Source: Patescibacteria group bacterium (lineage in GTDB: Bacteria; Patescibacteriota; Patescibacteriia; Buchananbacterales; UBA6539). From it: a stretch of 64,000 bases of DNA. Made by a program: the position numbers and the translations under genes. The notes under the pieces were generated by a model that was not told the DNA's origin, ran no database searches, and saw only the letters and a list, made by a program, of their open reading frames with translations. Location of the stretch: NCBI GenBank assembly GCA_028688055.1, contig JAQTYZ010000001.1:242910-306909 (forward strand), written 5' to 3'. Below are positions 27,704-37,085 of the stretch, in pieces. Within the stretch, counting starts at the first letter, position 1, and each line of letters begins with the position of its first letter.

Positions 27704-29475
27704 TAAAAAAACACATTAGAAATTTTTGCATCATTGCGCACATTGATCATGGCAAGTCAACTTTAGCCGATCGACTATTGGAATTTACTAATACCGTGAG
27801 TAAGCGCGAAATGAAGGAGCAACTTCTTGATCAAATGGATATTGAACGAGAAAGGGGAATCACCATCAAATTGCAACCGGCTCGAATGAGTTGGGAAAAT
27901 TATGAATTAAATTTAATTGATACTCCCGGTCATGTCGACTTTAGTTATGAGGTATCGCGATCGTTAGCGGCAGTGGAAGGAGCAATTTTATTAGTTGATG
28001 CGAGTCAGGGAGTCCAAGCCCAGACGGTTGCTAATTTATATTTAGCGATTGAACAAGGGCTGACGATCATTCCGGTGTTAAACAAAATTGATTTGCCTAA
28101 TGCCGATATTGAAAAATCCAGTCACGAAATATGCAAATTAACTGATTGCCAGCCTGAAGATGTTATTTTAGCTTCCGGCAAAACCGGTCAAGGAGTTGAG
28201 GACATTCTTAGGGCTATTATTGCCAAAGTTCCGCCACCTAAAGATTCCGGATCAGAGCCACTTCGGTCTCTCATTTTTGATTCTAACTATGATGAATTTC
28301 GAGGCATTGTCGCACAAATCAGAGTTGTCGATGGCACAATTAAAGCCGGTGATAAAGTTAAGTTTTTTTCAACTAATAAAGCCGCCGAAGTTCTGGAGGT
28401 AGGTTATTTTACTCCTAAATTAAAAAAGACTGATATCCTAGAGTCGGGTGAAATTGGCTATGTCGTCACAGGCTTAAAAGATATCCAATATTGTCGCGTT
28501 GGCGATACTATCTCGGCCACTGGGACGCAAATAAAGCCATTGGTAGGCTATCAAGAAGTTAAGCCAATGGTTTTCGCCGGCTTATTTTGCCGTGAAGGCA
28601 ATGAATTTCCTCAGTTACGAGAGGCGCTTGATAAATTAAAACTTAATGACGCGTCCTTAAGTTTTGAACCGGAAAATTCTCAGGCGCTGGGCTTTGGTTT
28701 CCGTTGTGGATTTCTTGGTTTATTGCACTTAGAAGTTGTCCAAGAACGATTAAACCGCGAATATGATTTGGACTTAGTAGTCACCGTGCCCAGTGTGGCC
28801 TACCGCGTGACTCAAACTGACGGCCAGACTTTAACAATTCACAGCCCGACCGAGTTACCGGCCAGTGAAAAAATTAGTTTGGTCGAAGAGCCGATTATGA
28901 ATGTCGATATTTTTTCGCCCAGACCGTACCTTGGGTCGTTGATGCAATTAGTGACACAAAAAAGAGGTGAGTATTTAAATACTGAATATTTGGACGAAAC
29001 CATTGCTGTTTTACATTATCGAGTGCCGTTGACATCGTTACTCGTCGATTTTTATGATAAATTAAAAAGTGTTTCAGCTGGTTACGCCTCATTAACTTAT
29101 GATTTTCACAAATATAGTTCGACTAATGTCGTCAGATTGGATATCTATGTCGCTGATGAAAAAGTTGAAGCTTTAAGTTCAATTGTCTATCGTGATGAAG
29201 CGTTTAGTGTTGGTAAAAAAATAGTTAATTCACTTAAGGATGTTTTGCCGCGCCAACAATTTGTGGTTAAAATTCAGGCGTCCATCGGCTCAAAAGTTAT
29301 TGCGGCTGAACGAATATCAGCGCTCCGTAAAGATGTCACCGCTAAGTTGTACGGCGGTGATTATTCTCGTAAGCGTAAACTGCTTGAAAAACAGAAAAAA
29401 GGTAAAAAGAAAATGATGCACCATGGCAAGGTCGATATCCCTTCGGAAGCTTTTTTGGCAGTTTTAAAAAAATAA
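27700..29475 (+). CDS. lepA: Elongation factor 4 (LepA)
   Basis: IRNFCIIAHIDHGKSTLADRLL, DTPGHVDF, NKID GTPase motifs; LepA C-terminal domain. Confidence 0.95.
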   Translation: MIKKHIRNFCIIAHIDHGKSTLADRLLEFTNTVSKREMKEQLLDQMDIERERGITIKLQPARMSWENYELNLIDTPGHVDFSYEVSRSLAAVEGAILLVDASQGVQAQTVANLYLAIEQGLTIIPVLNKIDLPNADIEKSSHEICKLTDCQPEDVILASGKTGQGVEDILRAIIAKVPPPKDSGSEPLRSLIFDSNYDEFRGIVAQIRVVDGTIKAGDKVKFFSTNKAAEVLEVGYFTPKLKKTDILESGEIGYVVTGLKDIQYCRVGDTISATGTQIKPLVGYQEVKPMVFAGLFCREGNEFPQLREALDKLKLNDASLSFEPENSQALGFGFRCGFLGLLHLEVVQERLNREYDLDLVVTVPSVAYRVTQTDGQTLTIHSPTELPASEKISLVEEPIMNVDIFSPRPYLGSLMQLVTQKRGEYLNTEYLDETIAVLHYRVPLTSLLVDFYDKLKSVSAGYASLTYDFHKYSSTNVVRLDIYVADEKVEALSSIVYRDEAFSVGKKIVNSLKDVLPRQQFVVKIQASIGSKVIAAERISALRKDVTAKLYGGDYSRKRKLLEKQKKGKKKMMHHGKVDIPSEAFLAVLKK

Positions 29476-29671
29476 CTGGCCGCTGGCTAAAGCTAGTTAT
29501 TTTTTTTAATATGCTTAATAGAAGCTCGGACCAATGGTCCAAATAATCATCATGGTTGCAACCATTAATGATACAATAATCCAAATTATTTTGCGTATTC
29601 TTTTATGGGCTTTCATACCATTAAATAGTAACACTTTATTATTTTTCCGTAAAATTGTATAATTAACCCCT

Positions 29672-31396
29672 ATGTCAAACAGTAAAAATCGGACCTGGAT
29701 TGTAAAAAATCAGCGTAGAATATTGTCACCGGATAATTCATTAAGCCCAATTATTAGTCAACTTTTAATAAATCGAGGGTTAGATACCAAGGAAAAAGTA
29801 GAAATATTTTTACAGCCAGACTATAGCCGCGATTTGCACGATCCGTTTTTGTTTAAAAATATGGCTCAGGCGGTGGCTCGAATTTTGCAAGCTGTTGAGG
29901 CTAAGGAAAAAATATTCATTTACGGCGACTATGATGCCGATGGCGTTTGTTCAACAGCAATAATGTCCGAATATTTGCGTGAAATTGGTGCTAATTTCGA
30001 TATTTACATTCCGTTTCGGGAAAAAGAAGGGTATGGCTTAAATTTAAGTGCTGCCGAAGAAATTGTCACCAAGGGGGCTAAATTAGTTATAACTGTTGAT
30101 TGTGGCATTTCTAATTCGGCGGAAGTCGATTTTTTTAACACCAAAAATGTTGATGTCATTATTAGCGATCACCACCAGCAACCATTAATAATGCCAAAAG
30201 CCTTGGCCATTATTAACCCTAATGTTGATGATGAAAATTATCCTTTTCACGGCCTCACCGGCAGTGGTGTTGCCTATAAATTAGTAACGGCCATGGTCGC
30301 TAAACAGTATAATTACAAAATCGCTCATACTATTCAGGGTTGGGAAAAGTGGTTATTAGATCTTGTAGCAATTGGCACAGTTGCTGATTTGCAACCATTG
30401 ACTGACGAGAATAGGACCATTGTAAAATATGGCTTAATGGTTTTAAATAAGGGCAAAAGGTTAGGACTGGCAAAAATGTTTTCTTTAATGTCATCAGAAA
30501 TTAAATCGGCCGACGAAAAAACTGTTGGTTGGCAAATTGCGCCCCGACTAAACGCCGCTGGTCGATTGAATCATGCCAGCGTGGCCTATAAGCTATTAAT
30601 CACAACCGATGAGGAAGAAGCCACGCGCTTAGCAATAGAATTAAATAAGACCAATAGCGAACGCCAACAGCTTACCGATAAAATTAAAATTGAAGCGCGG
30701 GCCCAAATTGGCGAAAATCCCACCGACGAGATTTTGATTGTTGTCGGCGATAACTGGCCAACCGGAGTTGTCGGTTTAGTATCGGGCCGGATTACGGATG
30801 AATTCCACCGTCCCAGTCTGGTCATTAGCCGTTTTAACGGTGAAATTATTGGTTCCGGTCGCAGTATCCCTGAATATAATATTGTCGCCGAATTAAAAAA
30901 GTGCGACCAGTACTTAAAACGCTATGGTGGCCATCCCCAGGCCTGCGGTTTTACAATTAAAGACGAAGCGTCCTTGCAGGAAATTATCAAATTAATGAAG
31001 TCCAGCGCCCAACAACAGCTGGCCAATCAGAATTTAAAACCGGAGCTCGAAATTGATTGTGAGGTAGATCTAGAAAATGTTGATTGGCCAATGTATAATT
31101 TACTGACACAATTTGCTCCGTTCGGCGAAGCTAACCCGAAACCAAAATTCGTTGCGTATAATTTGACAGTTGTCGAAGTACGGCAAGTTGGCAAAGATAA
31201 TCAGCATCTGCGACTCTTGGTTAAACATAACAGCGAACTAATTAAAAAAACGATTGCCTTTTCCTTTGGTGATTGGCATGATAAGCTTAGTGAAGGGGAT
31301 AATATTGATATTGTCTTTGAAGTGGACAAAAATGATTGGAATGGCTCAAGCGAGCTTCAATTGAGAATAATTGATATTAAAAAAAATCATGAGTAA
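29672..31396 (+). CDS. recJ: Single-stranded-DNA-specific exonuclease RecJ
   Basis: DHH motifs: IYGDYDADG, DCG, DHH; DHHA1 C-terminal region. Confidence 0.9.
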   Translation: MSNSKNRTWIVKNQRRILSPDNSLSPIISQLLINRGLDTKEKVEIFLQPDYSRDLHDPFLFKNMAQAVARILQAVEAKEKIFIYGDYDADGVCSTAIMSEYLREIGANFDIYIPFREKEGYGLNLSAAEEIVTKGAKLVITVDCGISNSAEVDFFNTKNVDVIISDHHQQPLIMPKALAIINPNVDDENYPFHGLTGSGVAYKLVTAMVAKQYNYKIAHTIQGWEKWLLDLVAIGTVADLQPLTDENRTIVKYGLMVLNKGKRLGLAKMFSLMSSEIKSADEKTVGWQIAPRLNAAGRLNHASVAYKLLITTDEEEATRLAIELNKTNSERQQLTDKIKIEARAQIGENPTDEILIVVGDNWPTGVVGLVSGRITDEFHRPSLVISRFNGEIIGSGRSIPEYNIVAELKKCDQYLKRYGGHPQACGFTIKDEASLQEIIKLMKSSAQQQLANQNLKPELEIDCEVDLENVDWPMYNLLTQFAPFGEANPKPKFVAYNLTVVEVRQVGKDNQHLRLLVKHNSELIKKTIAFSFGDWHDKLSEGDNIDIVFEVDKNDWNGSSELQLRIIDIKKNHE

Positions 31397-31793
31397 ATTT
31401 GCTGTTGTCCATACCGATGGCGGTGCCAGAGGCAATCCCGGCCCAGCCGGAATTGGCGTGGTTATTGATTTTAATGGCAAGATTATTGAATTAAAAAAAT
31501 ATCTTGGTGAAGCAACTAATAATCAAGCGGAATATCAAGCGGTAATTTTAGCGCTTGAAAAATTAGTTGAACTTGATGTTAAGGAAGCTGATTTTTATTT
31601 GGATAGTGAACTGGTTCAGCGTCAGCTGTCGGGAATATACAAAGTAAAAAATAAAGATTTGGCGCCACTCTTTGTTAAAGTTTGGAATTTAAAACAGAAG
31701 TTTGGCAAGCTTAAGTTTACTCATATTTATCGCGAAGATAATAAGCAGGCCGACCAGCTCGTTAATCAAGCGATTGACAAAGCATTAAAATAA
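31389..31793 (+). CDS. rnhA: Ribonuclease HI
   Basis: TDGGARGNPGPAG, NNQAEYQAVI, DxxD near the C-terminus; start overlaps the recJ stop (ATGAGTAA). Confidence 0.85.
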   Translation: MSKFAVVHTDGGARGNPGPAGIGVVIDFNGKIIELKKYLGEATNNQAEYQAVILALEKLVELDVKEADFYLDSELVQRQLSGIYKVKNKDLAPLFVKVWNLKQKFGKLKFTHIYREDNKQADQLVNQAIDKALK

Positions 31794-31807
31794 GCCAATT
31801 AAAAAAT

Positions 31808-31836
31808 TCACCAGCATAATATGGTGAGTTTTTTAA
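31808..31836 (+). terminator. Rho-independent terminator after rnhA
   Basis: TCACCAG-cataata-TGGTGAG followed by TTTTTT. Confidence 0.6.
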
Positions 31837-31838
31837 TA

Positions 31839-32206
31839 CCTAAGTAAACCGATAAGCCGAATTCTGTATCCCGTTGCCGGGATGATGATCATCTATCTAG
31901 GTCCAATATTGCTAATGGACTCAAGCTGCCTACCTAATTTGGCATTGCACCTGGCAGGAGTTTACCACACCGACTGTTACCAGTCAGTCATGCGTGGGCT
32001 CTTACCCCACGATTTCAACCTTACCGCTCGCAGAAGCGAGGTTGGCGGTGTATTTTCTGTTGCACTTGCCCTGAGCTTGGCAAAAAAACAGAAGTCTTAA
32101 GCACTTCTATCATTTTGTTACTCTCGGCTCCCGTTAGGAGTTGCCGTTTTGTGGTGTTCGGACTTTCCTCCCGAAATTAATCGGGCGATCATCTAGTTTA
32201 CTTAGG
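31839..32206 (-). ncRNA. rnpB: RNase P RNA, bacterial type A
   Basis: Reverse strand contains the universally conserved blocks GGAGGAAAGTCCGAAC (P4 5' strand), GTGCAACAGAAAA, GGTAAGGTTGAAATCGTGGGGTAAGAGCCCAC, GGTAACAGTCGGTG...GTAAACTCC, ACAGAATTCGGCTTATCGGTTTAC (P4 3' strand). P1 pairing is CCTAAGTAAAC / GTTTACTTAGG at the ends. Length about 368 nt. Confidence 0.9.
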
Positions 32207-32293
32207 ATAGATAAAACAATAGCACTAAATTTAAAAAATGTCAAGCTGGGGTTGATTTTAAGGCCGATTTTTGTTATTATTCTGATATAAAGT

Positions 32294-33697
32294 ATGAAAA
32301 AATCTGAACTCGCATTTGTCGCCGTTAAACCGCCCCTCGATTATTTGGCAATCGTCGCTGCCGCGCTGGTCTCTTACCTGATTCGATATTTATCAGCCAT
32401 CCAAAGTATCAGGCCGGTCGTTTTTGATTTGCCTTTTAAGACTTTTTTTAGTTTGACTTTGATTATGGCCATAATTTGGGTAGTTATTTTTGCTATTTCA
32501 GGATTGTACAATATCTCTGGCCCGCAAAAATTTTTTAAGGAACTAGCCAAAATTTTTGTCGCCTGCTCAGCAGGCCTCGCGGCGGTTTTGGCTGTAATGG
32601 TTTTTTCAAGATATTTATTCGATTCACGTTTTATTATTTTATCAGCTTGGTTTTTGTCAATTATATTTATCAGCCTCATCCGCTTAATTATCAATGTCAT
32701 TCAAAAAATATCATACCGAGCCGGCATTGGCGTTCATCGGGTAGCTATTATTGGTGATGGCGATACCGTCTCAGCGCTGACGGATGAATTTTCCGCGCGT
32801 CCGACTCTTGGCTACAAAATAATATCAACCTTTCCTTTTTTTGATCCAACGGTTGAAACCCAACTTCGACAAATGGTTAAAGACGATAAGCTCGATGAGA
32901 TTATTCAAATTAATCCAAACTTTGATCGAGACAAAACTATTAGTCTGATAAATTTTGTCAACGAGTTTCATCTAGACTATCGCTACACTGCCGATCTACT
33001 CGGTACTCAATTAACGAATATCACAGTCAACACGATTGTCGGTACACCGATTGTTGAAGTTAAAAAAACTCGACTTGATGGCTGGGGTCGTATTGCTAAA
33101 CGAATATTTGATATATTTGGTTCGATGATTTTAATTATTTTAACCTCGCCAGTAATGTTATTAGCGGTCGTTTTAATTAAACTTGATTCAAAGGGGCCGG
33201 TCCTGTTTAAATATAAAAGAATTGGTCAGTATGGAAAACCGTTTACCTATTTTAAGTTAAGATCAATGTTTTCTAACGCCCATCAGCTAAGATATGACTC
33301 CGATTTTCAAATGCAAAATAAGAATTTGCGTGAGGGTACCCCAATGATTAAATTTAAACGTGATCCTAGAATAACCAGGGTTGGCCGAGTTATCCGGCGC
33401 TTTAGCATTGATGAACTGCCAGAATTATTTATTTCTTTAATTGGCCAAATGAGTTTAGTTGGGCCAAGACCACACGAAATTGAGGAGGTTGAAAAATATC
33501 AGCGGCATCATAAAAAAGTTCTGACCATCAAACCCGGCATTACTGGTCTGTCACAAGTTTCCGGACGATCAGATTTAGATTTTGAAGATGAAGTTAAATT
33601 AGATACTTTTTATATTGAAAATTGGTCTTTAGCTAAAGATATTCAAATTATTTTAAAAACGCCATTGGCGATTATTAAAAGGAGAAAAACCGAATGA
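32294..33697 (+). CDS. Polyprenyl-phosphate sugar transferase (WbaP/bacterial sugar transferase family), initiating glycosyltransferase
   Basis: N-terminal TM bundle; C-terminal sugar-transferase domain with FKLRSM, PMIKFKRDPRITRVG, DELPQL-like DELPELF and VGPRP motifs. Confidence 0.85.
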   Translation: MKKSELAFVAVKPPLDYLAIVAAALVSYLIRYLSAIQSIRPVVFDLPFKTFFSLTLIMAIIWVVIFAISGLYNISGPQKFFKELAKIFVACSAGLAAVLAVMVFSRYLFDSRFIILSAWFLSIIFISLIRLIINVIQKISYRAGIGVHRVAIIGDGDTVSALTDEFSARPTLGYKIISTFPFFDPTVETQLRQMVKDDKLDEIIQINPNFDRDKTISLINFVNEFHLDYRYTADLLGTQLTNITVNTIVGTPIVEVKKTRLDGWGRIAKRIFDIFGSMILIILTSPVMLLAVVLIKLDSKGPVLFKYKRIGQYGKPFTYFKLRSMFSNAHQLRYDSDFQMQNKNLREGTPMIKFKRDPRITRVGRVIRRFSIDELPELFISLIGQMSLVGPRPHEIEEVEKYQRHHKKVLTIKPGITGLSQVSGRSDLDFEDEVKLDTFYIENWSLAKDIQIILKTPLAIIKRRKTE

Positions 33698-34809
33698 AAG
33701 TTGGATTAGTACATGACCATTTAATTCAAGAAGGTGGCGCCGAACGAGTCTTAGAAATTTTTCAGGAGATGTGGCCACAAGCGCCGACCTATACCTTGCT
33801 TTACGATAAAAAAAAGCTTGGGGCAATTTTTGATAAGCGCGATATCAAAACTTCATGGCTTCAGAGTCTGCCGGGCGCGCTTAATCATTATCAATGGTTC
33901 TTACCGCTGATGCCAAGTGCTACTGAAAGCTATGATTTAACGCCATATGATGTTGTGTTGTCAAGTTCATCGGCGATGGCTAAGGGTATTATTACCAGAT
34001 CAAATACCCTTCATTTTTGCTATTGCCATACGCCTACCCGCTATTTGTGGTCAGACACTCATCGTTATGTTGACGAATTAAAATATAATCGAATAATTAA
34101 GCGCTTGATTCCGCCGGTTTTAACGAGATTGAGGACGTGGGATCAGATCGCTGCTCAACGCGTTGATTATTATATTGCAAATTCTAAGGATGTGGCTGAT
34201 CGAATTAAAAAATATTATCGCCGCGACAGTATTGTCATTCATCCACCGGTGACCACCAGTCAGTTTAAAATTAGCCCCGCGCCGGAAAATTATTTTCTCA
34301 CTGGCGGTCGATTAGTTACTTATAAAAAATTTGATTTAACAATTAAAGCCTTCAATCGCTTGGGTATTAAATTAAAAATTTTTGGGCAGGGCCCCGAGGA
34401 AACCAAGCTGCGGGCATTGGCAAAATCTAATATTGAATTCCTAGGTAAAGTTAGCCAGGAACAATTAGCTGATTTGTATAGCAAGGCGATCGCTTTCATC
34501 CACCCGCAAATTGAAGATTTTGGTATCACGGCCGTTGAGTCAATGGCATCCGGCCGACCCGTTATTGCCTTTTGGGGTGGCGGGGCGAGAGAAACGGTTG
34601 TCCAAAATAAGACGGGTGTCTTTTTTGATGAGCAAAGCTGGGAATCGCTGGCTGACACGGTGGTCAGATTTAAACCGGAAAACTTTAAGTCAAGCGACAT
34701 CAAGTTATATGCCGAGCAATTTGGCGTTGACCGATTTAAACGAGAAATAAAAAACACCATTGATGCGGAGTGGCAAAAGTTACTAAGCTCACAAATTAAA
34801 TGTCTGTAG
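33694..34809 (+). CDS. Glycosyltransferase family 4 (GT-B)
   Basis: EDFGITAVESMASGRPVIA EX7E-type motif. Confidence 0.8.
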   Translation: MKVGLVHDHLIQEGGAERVLEIFQEMWPQAPTYTLLYDKKKLGAIFDKRDIKTSWLQSLPGALNHYQWFLPLMPSATESYDLTPYDVVLSSSSAMAKGIITRSNTLHFCYCHTPTRYLWSDTHRYVDELKYNRIIKRLIPPVLTRLRTWDQIAAQRVDYYIANSKDVADRIKKYYRRDSIVIHPPVTTSQFKISPAPENYFLTGGRLVTYKKFDLTIKAFNRLGIKLKIFGQGPEETKLRALAKSNIEFLGKVSQEQLADLYSKAIAFIHPQIEDFGITAVESMASGRPVIAFWGGGARETVVQNKTGVFFDEQSWESLADTVVRFKPENFKSSDIKLYAEQFGVDRFKREIKNTIDAEWQKLLSSQIKCL

Positions 34810-34810
34810 T

Positions 34811-35932
34811 ATGAAAATCGGCGTTGATATTCGTAGCCTACTGGAATCACAGTATTCGGGCATTAGCGAATATACTTATAATTTATTGGCGTACTTATTG
34901 GCAATTGACAAAAAAAATCATTATTTTTTGTTTTATAACTCCCGAAAATCATCGCCGCCGCCGGTTTTCAATCAGTCAAATGTTACCTTAAAGGGTTTTA
35001 ATTTTCCTAATCGATTTTTTAATCTTGCCATTGAATTACTCAAAGTAGCCAGTATTGATAAAATGATCGGCGGGGTTGATGTTTTTTTAAGTCCTCATTT
35101 TTTATTCTCCAATTTGTCAAAAGACTGTCGCAAAATAAACATTGTTCATGATCTAACATTTGAGCTATACCCAGAATTTTTTACTTTCAAGAAAAGAGTT
35201 TGGCATCATTTAATCAATCCCTCAAAAAAGTGCCACGACGCGGACAAAATTATTGCGATTTCTCAAAGCACCAAAAATGATATTGTCAAAATATATAATA
35301 TACCACCTGAAAAAATTACCGTTATTTACAATGGTATTAATGATAAGTACTTTCAGCCTATCACTGATGAGCAGAAAAACTTGGTAATTAGTAAATACAA
35401 CCTGACTTTGCCATATATTTTGTATTTAGGTAATTTAGAGCCTCGAAAAAATGTTGAGTCACTTGTTAAAGCTTTCGGTAGGCTTGACGATCCAAATGTT
35501 CATTTGGTTATTGCCGGCAGTCAAGCGTGGAAATATAAGCCCATTTATCAGCAGTGGTCAAAATCTCAAGCTAAGGACCGAATTAAATTCCTTGGTTATG
35601 TTGATAATAATGATAAGGCTGGCCTCTATGCGGCCGCTAAAATTTTTGCTTACCCTTCCATTTATGAGGGGTTTGGCTTACCGCCGCTTGAAGCGATGGC
35701 TTGTGGTGCGCCGGTTATTGCTGGTGCAAATTCAGCGCTTATTGAATCAGTGGCTGATGCCGGAATTTTAGTTAATCCTTACAATATTAGTGAAATTACT
35801 GAGGCGATCAAGCTTATCTTAACTGATGACGTACTGTATAATCGCTTAAAGGAAAAAGGCATAAAGCAAAGTCAAAAATTCAGATGGGAAAATACCGCTA
35901 ATAAAATTTTGAATATCCTGGATTCCAATTAA
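34811..35932 (+). CDS. Glycosyltransferase family 4 (GT-B)
   Basis: EGFGLPPLEAMACGAPVIAG. Confidence 0.8.
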   Translation: MKIGVDIRSLLESQYSGISEYTYNLLAYLLAIDKKNHYFLFYNSRKSSPPPVFNQSNVTLKGFNFPNRFFNLAIELLKVASIDKMIGGVDVFLSPHFLFSNLSKDCRKINIVHDLTFELYPEFFTFKKRVWHHLINPSKKCHDADKIIAISQSTKNDIVKIYNIPPEKITVIYNGINDKYFQPITDEQKNLVISKYNLTLPYILYLGNLEPRKNVESLVKAFGRLDDPNVHLVIAGSQAWKYKPIYQQWSKSQAKDRIKFLGYVDNNDKAGLYAAAKIFAYPSIYEGFGLPPLEAMACGAPVIAGANSALIESVADAGILVNPYNISEITEAIKLILTDDVLYNRLKEKGIKQSQKFRWENTANKILNILDSN

Positions 35933-35934
35933 TT

Positions 35935-37050
35935 ATGAAAATTGCCATCGACGCAAGAATGTTTGGCCCCGAAGTAGCAACTGGCATTGGCCTCTATATC
36001 AAAAAGATTATTGAGGGTTTAGTTATGAGTGATAGCAAAAATAGCTATGATCTACTGGTAACTCAGGAAATGTATGATAAAATTGGCAACCTCGGACCAA
36101 AATTTAGAAAAATTGTTGTAAAGTCTAAGTGGTATTCAATTTTTGAACAGTTGGAACTGCCATTTATTTTATACAAAAATCGGTATGATTTGGTCCACTT
36201 TCCTCAATTTAACGTCCCTGTCTTATACCGAAAAAAATTCGTTGTAACAATTCATGATCTAACGCAATATTTTTACCCAGGTCCAAGTTCTAAAAAAAAT
36301 TTCTTAAGACGACTGGCCTACCGTGCCATTCTAAAAAATGCTATTTTGTCCAGTGCGAAAATTATTACCGTCTCACAGCACACTAAATCAAATATCATTA
36401 AATATTTTTTGGCTGACCCGGAAAAAATAATTGTTACTTATTTGGGAGTTGATAAAATATTTGGAATGCCAATTGATGAGCTGGAAACAAAAAAAGTATT
36501 AAGTAACTATCATATTATTGGTGACTATGTTTTATATGTTGGAGTTTTTAGGGACCACAAAAATATTGTTGGCCTAATCAAAGCGTTTAACATATTTAAA
36601 AAAGATAATACTAAGGCAAAATTGGTGCTTGTTGGCGAACTTGATCCCAGATATCCGGAAGTCGAAACCGAAATAAGTTTGAGCCAATACAGCAACGATA
36701 TTATTGTTACCGGATTTATCAATGAAAACCACTTAGCCCATATATTTGGCGGCGCAAAAATATTTATCCTACCTTCATTTTGTGAAGGTTTTGGCCTCGT
36801 CGCTATTGAGGCAGCCATCAGCGGGGTACCGGTGTTATCATCTAAAACAAATAGTATTCCCGAAATTTTAGGTGCCACCGCCGCTTATTTTGATCCAAAT
36901 AATATCAAGCAAATTGCCGAACTAATGGCTAAATATTGGAACGATGATAATTTAAGGAATAGTTTGAGTTCTCAGGCGTTGTTAATGGTTAAGAAATATG
37001 ATTGGCACACAACAGTGAGTGAAACAATCGCTGTATACGAACATAGTTGA
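35935..37050 (+). CDS. Glycosyltransferase family 4 (GT-B)
   Basis: EGFGLVAIEAAISGVPVLSS. Confidence 0.8.
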   Translation: MKIAIDARMFGPEVATGIGLYIKKIIEGLVMSDSKNSYDLLVTQEMYDKIGNLGPKFRKIVVKSKWYSIFEQLELPFILYKNRYDLVHFPQFNVPVLYRKKFVVTIHDLTQYFYPGPSSKKNFLRRLAYRAILKNAILSSAKIITVSQHTKSNIIKYFLADPEKIIVTYLGVDKIFGMPIDELETKKVLSNYHIIGDYVLYVGVFRDHKNIVGLIKAFNIFKKDNTKAKLVLVGELDPRYPEVETEISLSQYSNDIIVTGFINENHLAHIFGGAKIFILPSFCEGFGLVAIEAAISGVPVLSSKTNSIPEILGATAAYFDPNNIKQIAELMAKYWNDDNLRNSLSSQALLMVKKYDWHTTVSETIAVYEHS

Positions 37051-37085
37051 TTTGTGTTATAATAAAATCAATTTGAATTATAAAA

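Noticed and set aside
29342-29616. Minus-strand ORFs overlapping the lepA 3' end (80 aa), and a 33-aa hydrophobic ORF at 29515-29616
   Set aside because: The 80-aa ORF is antisense to lepA with no features. The 33-aa one (MKAHKRIRKIIWIIVSLMVATMMIIWTIGPSFY) is plausible as a micro-protein but has no RBS evidence, so it is not listed.
31882-32100. 72-aa ORF on the + strand
   Set aside because: Lies entirely inside the RNase P RNA gene on the opposite strand.
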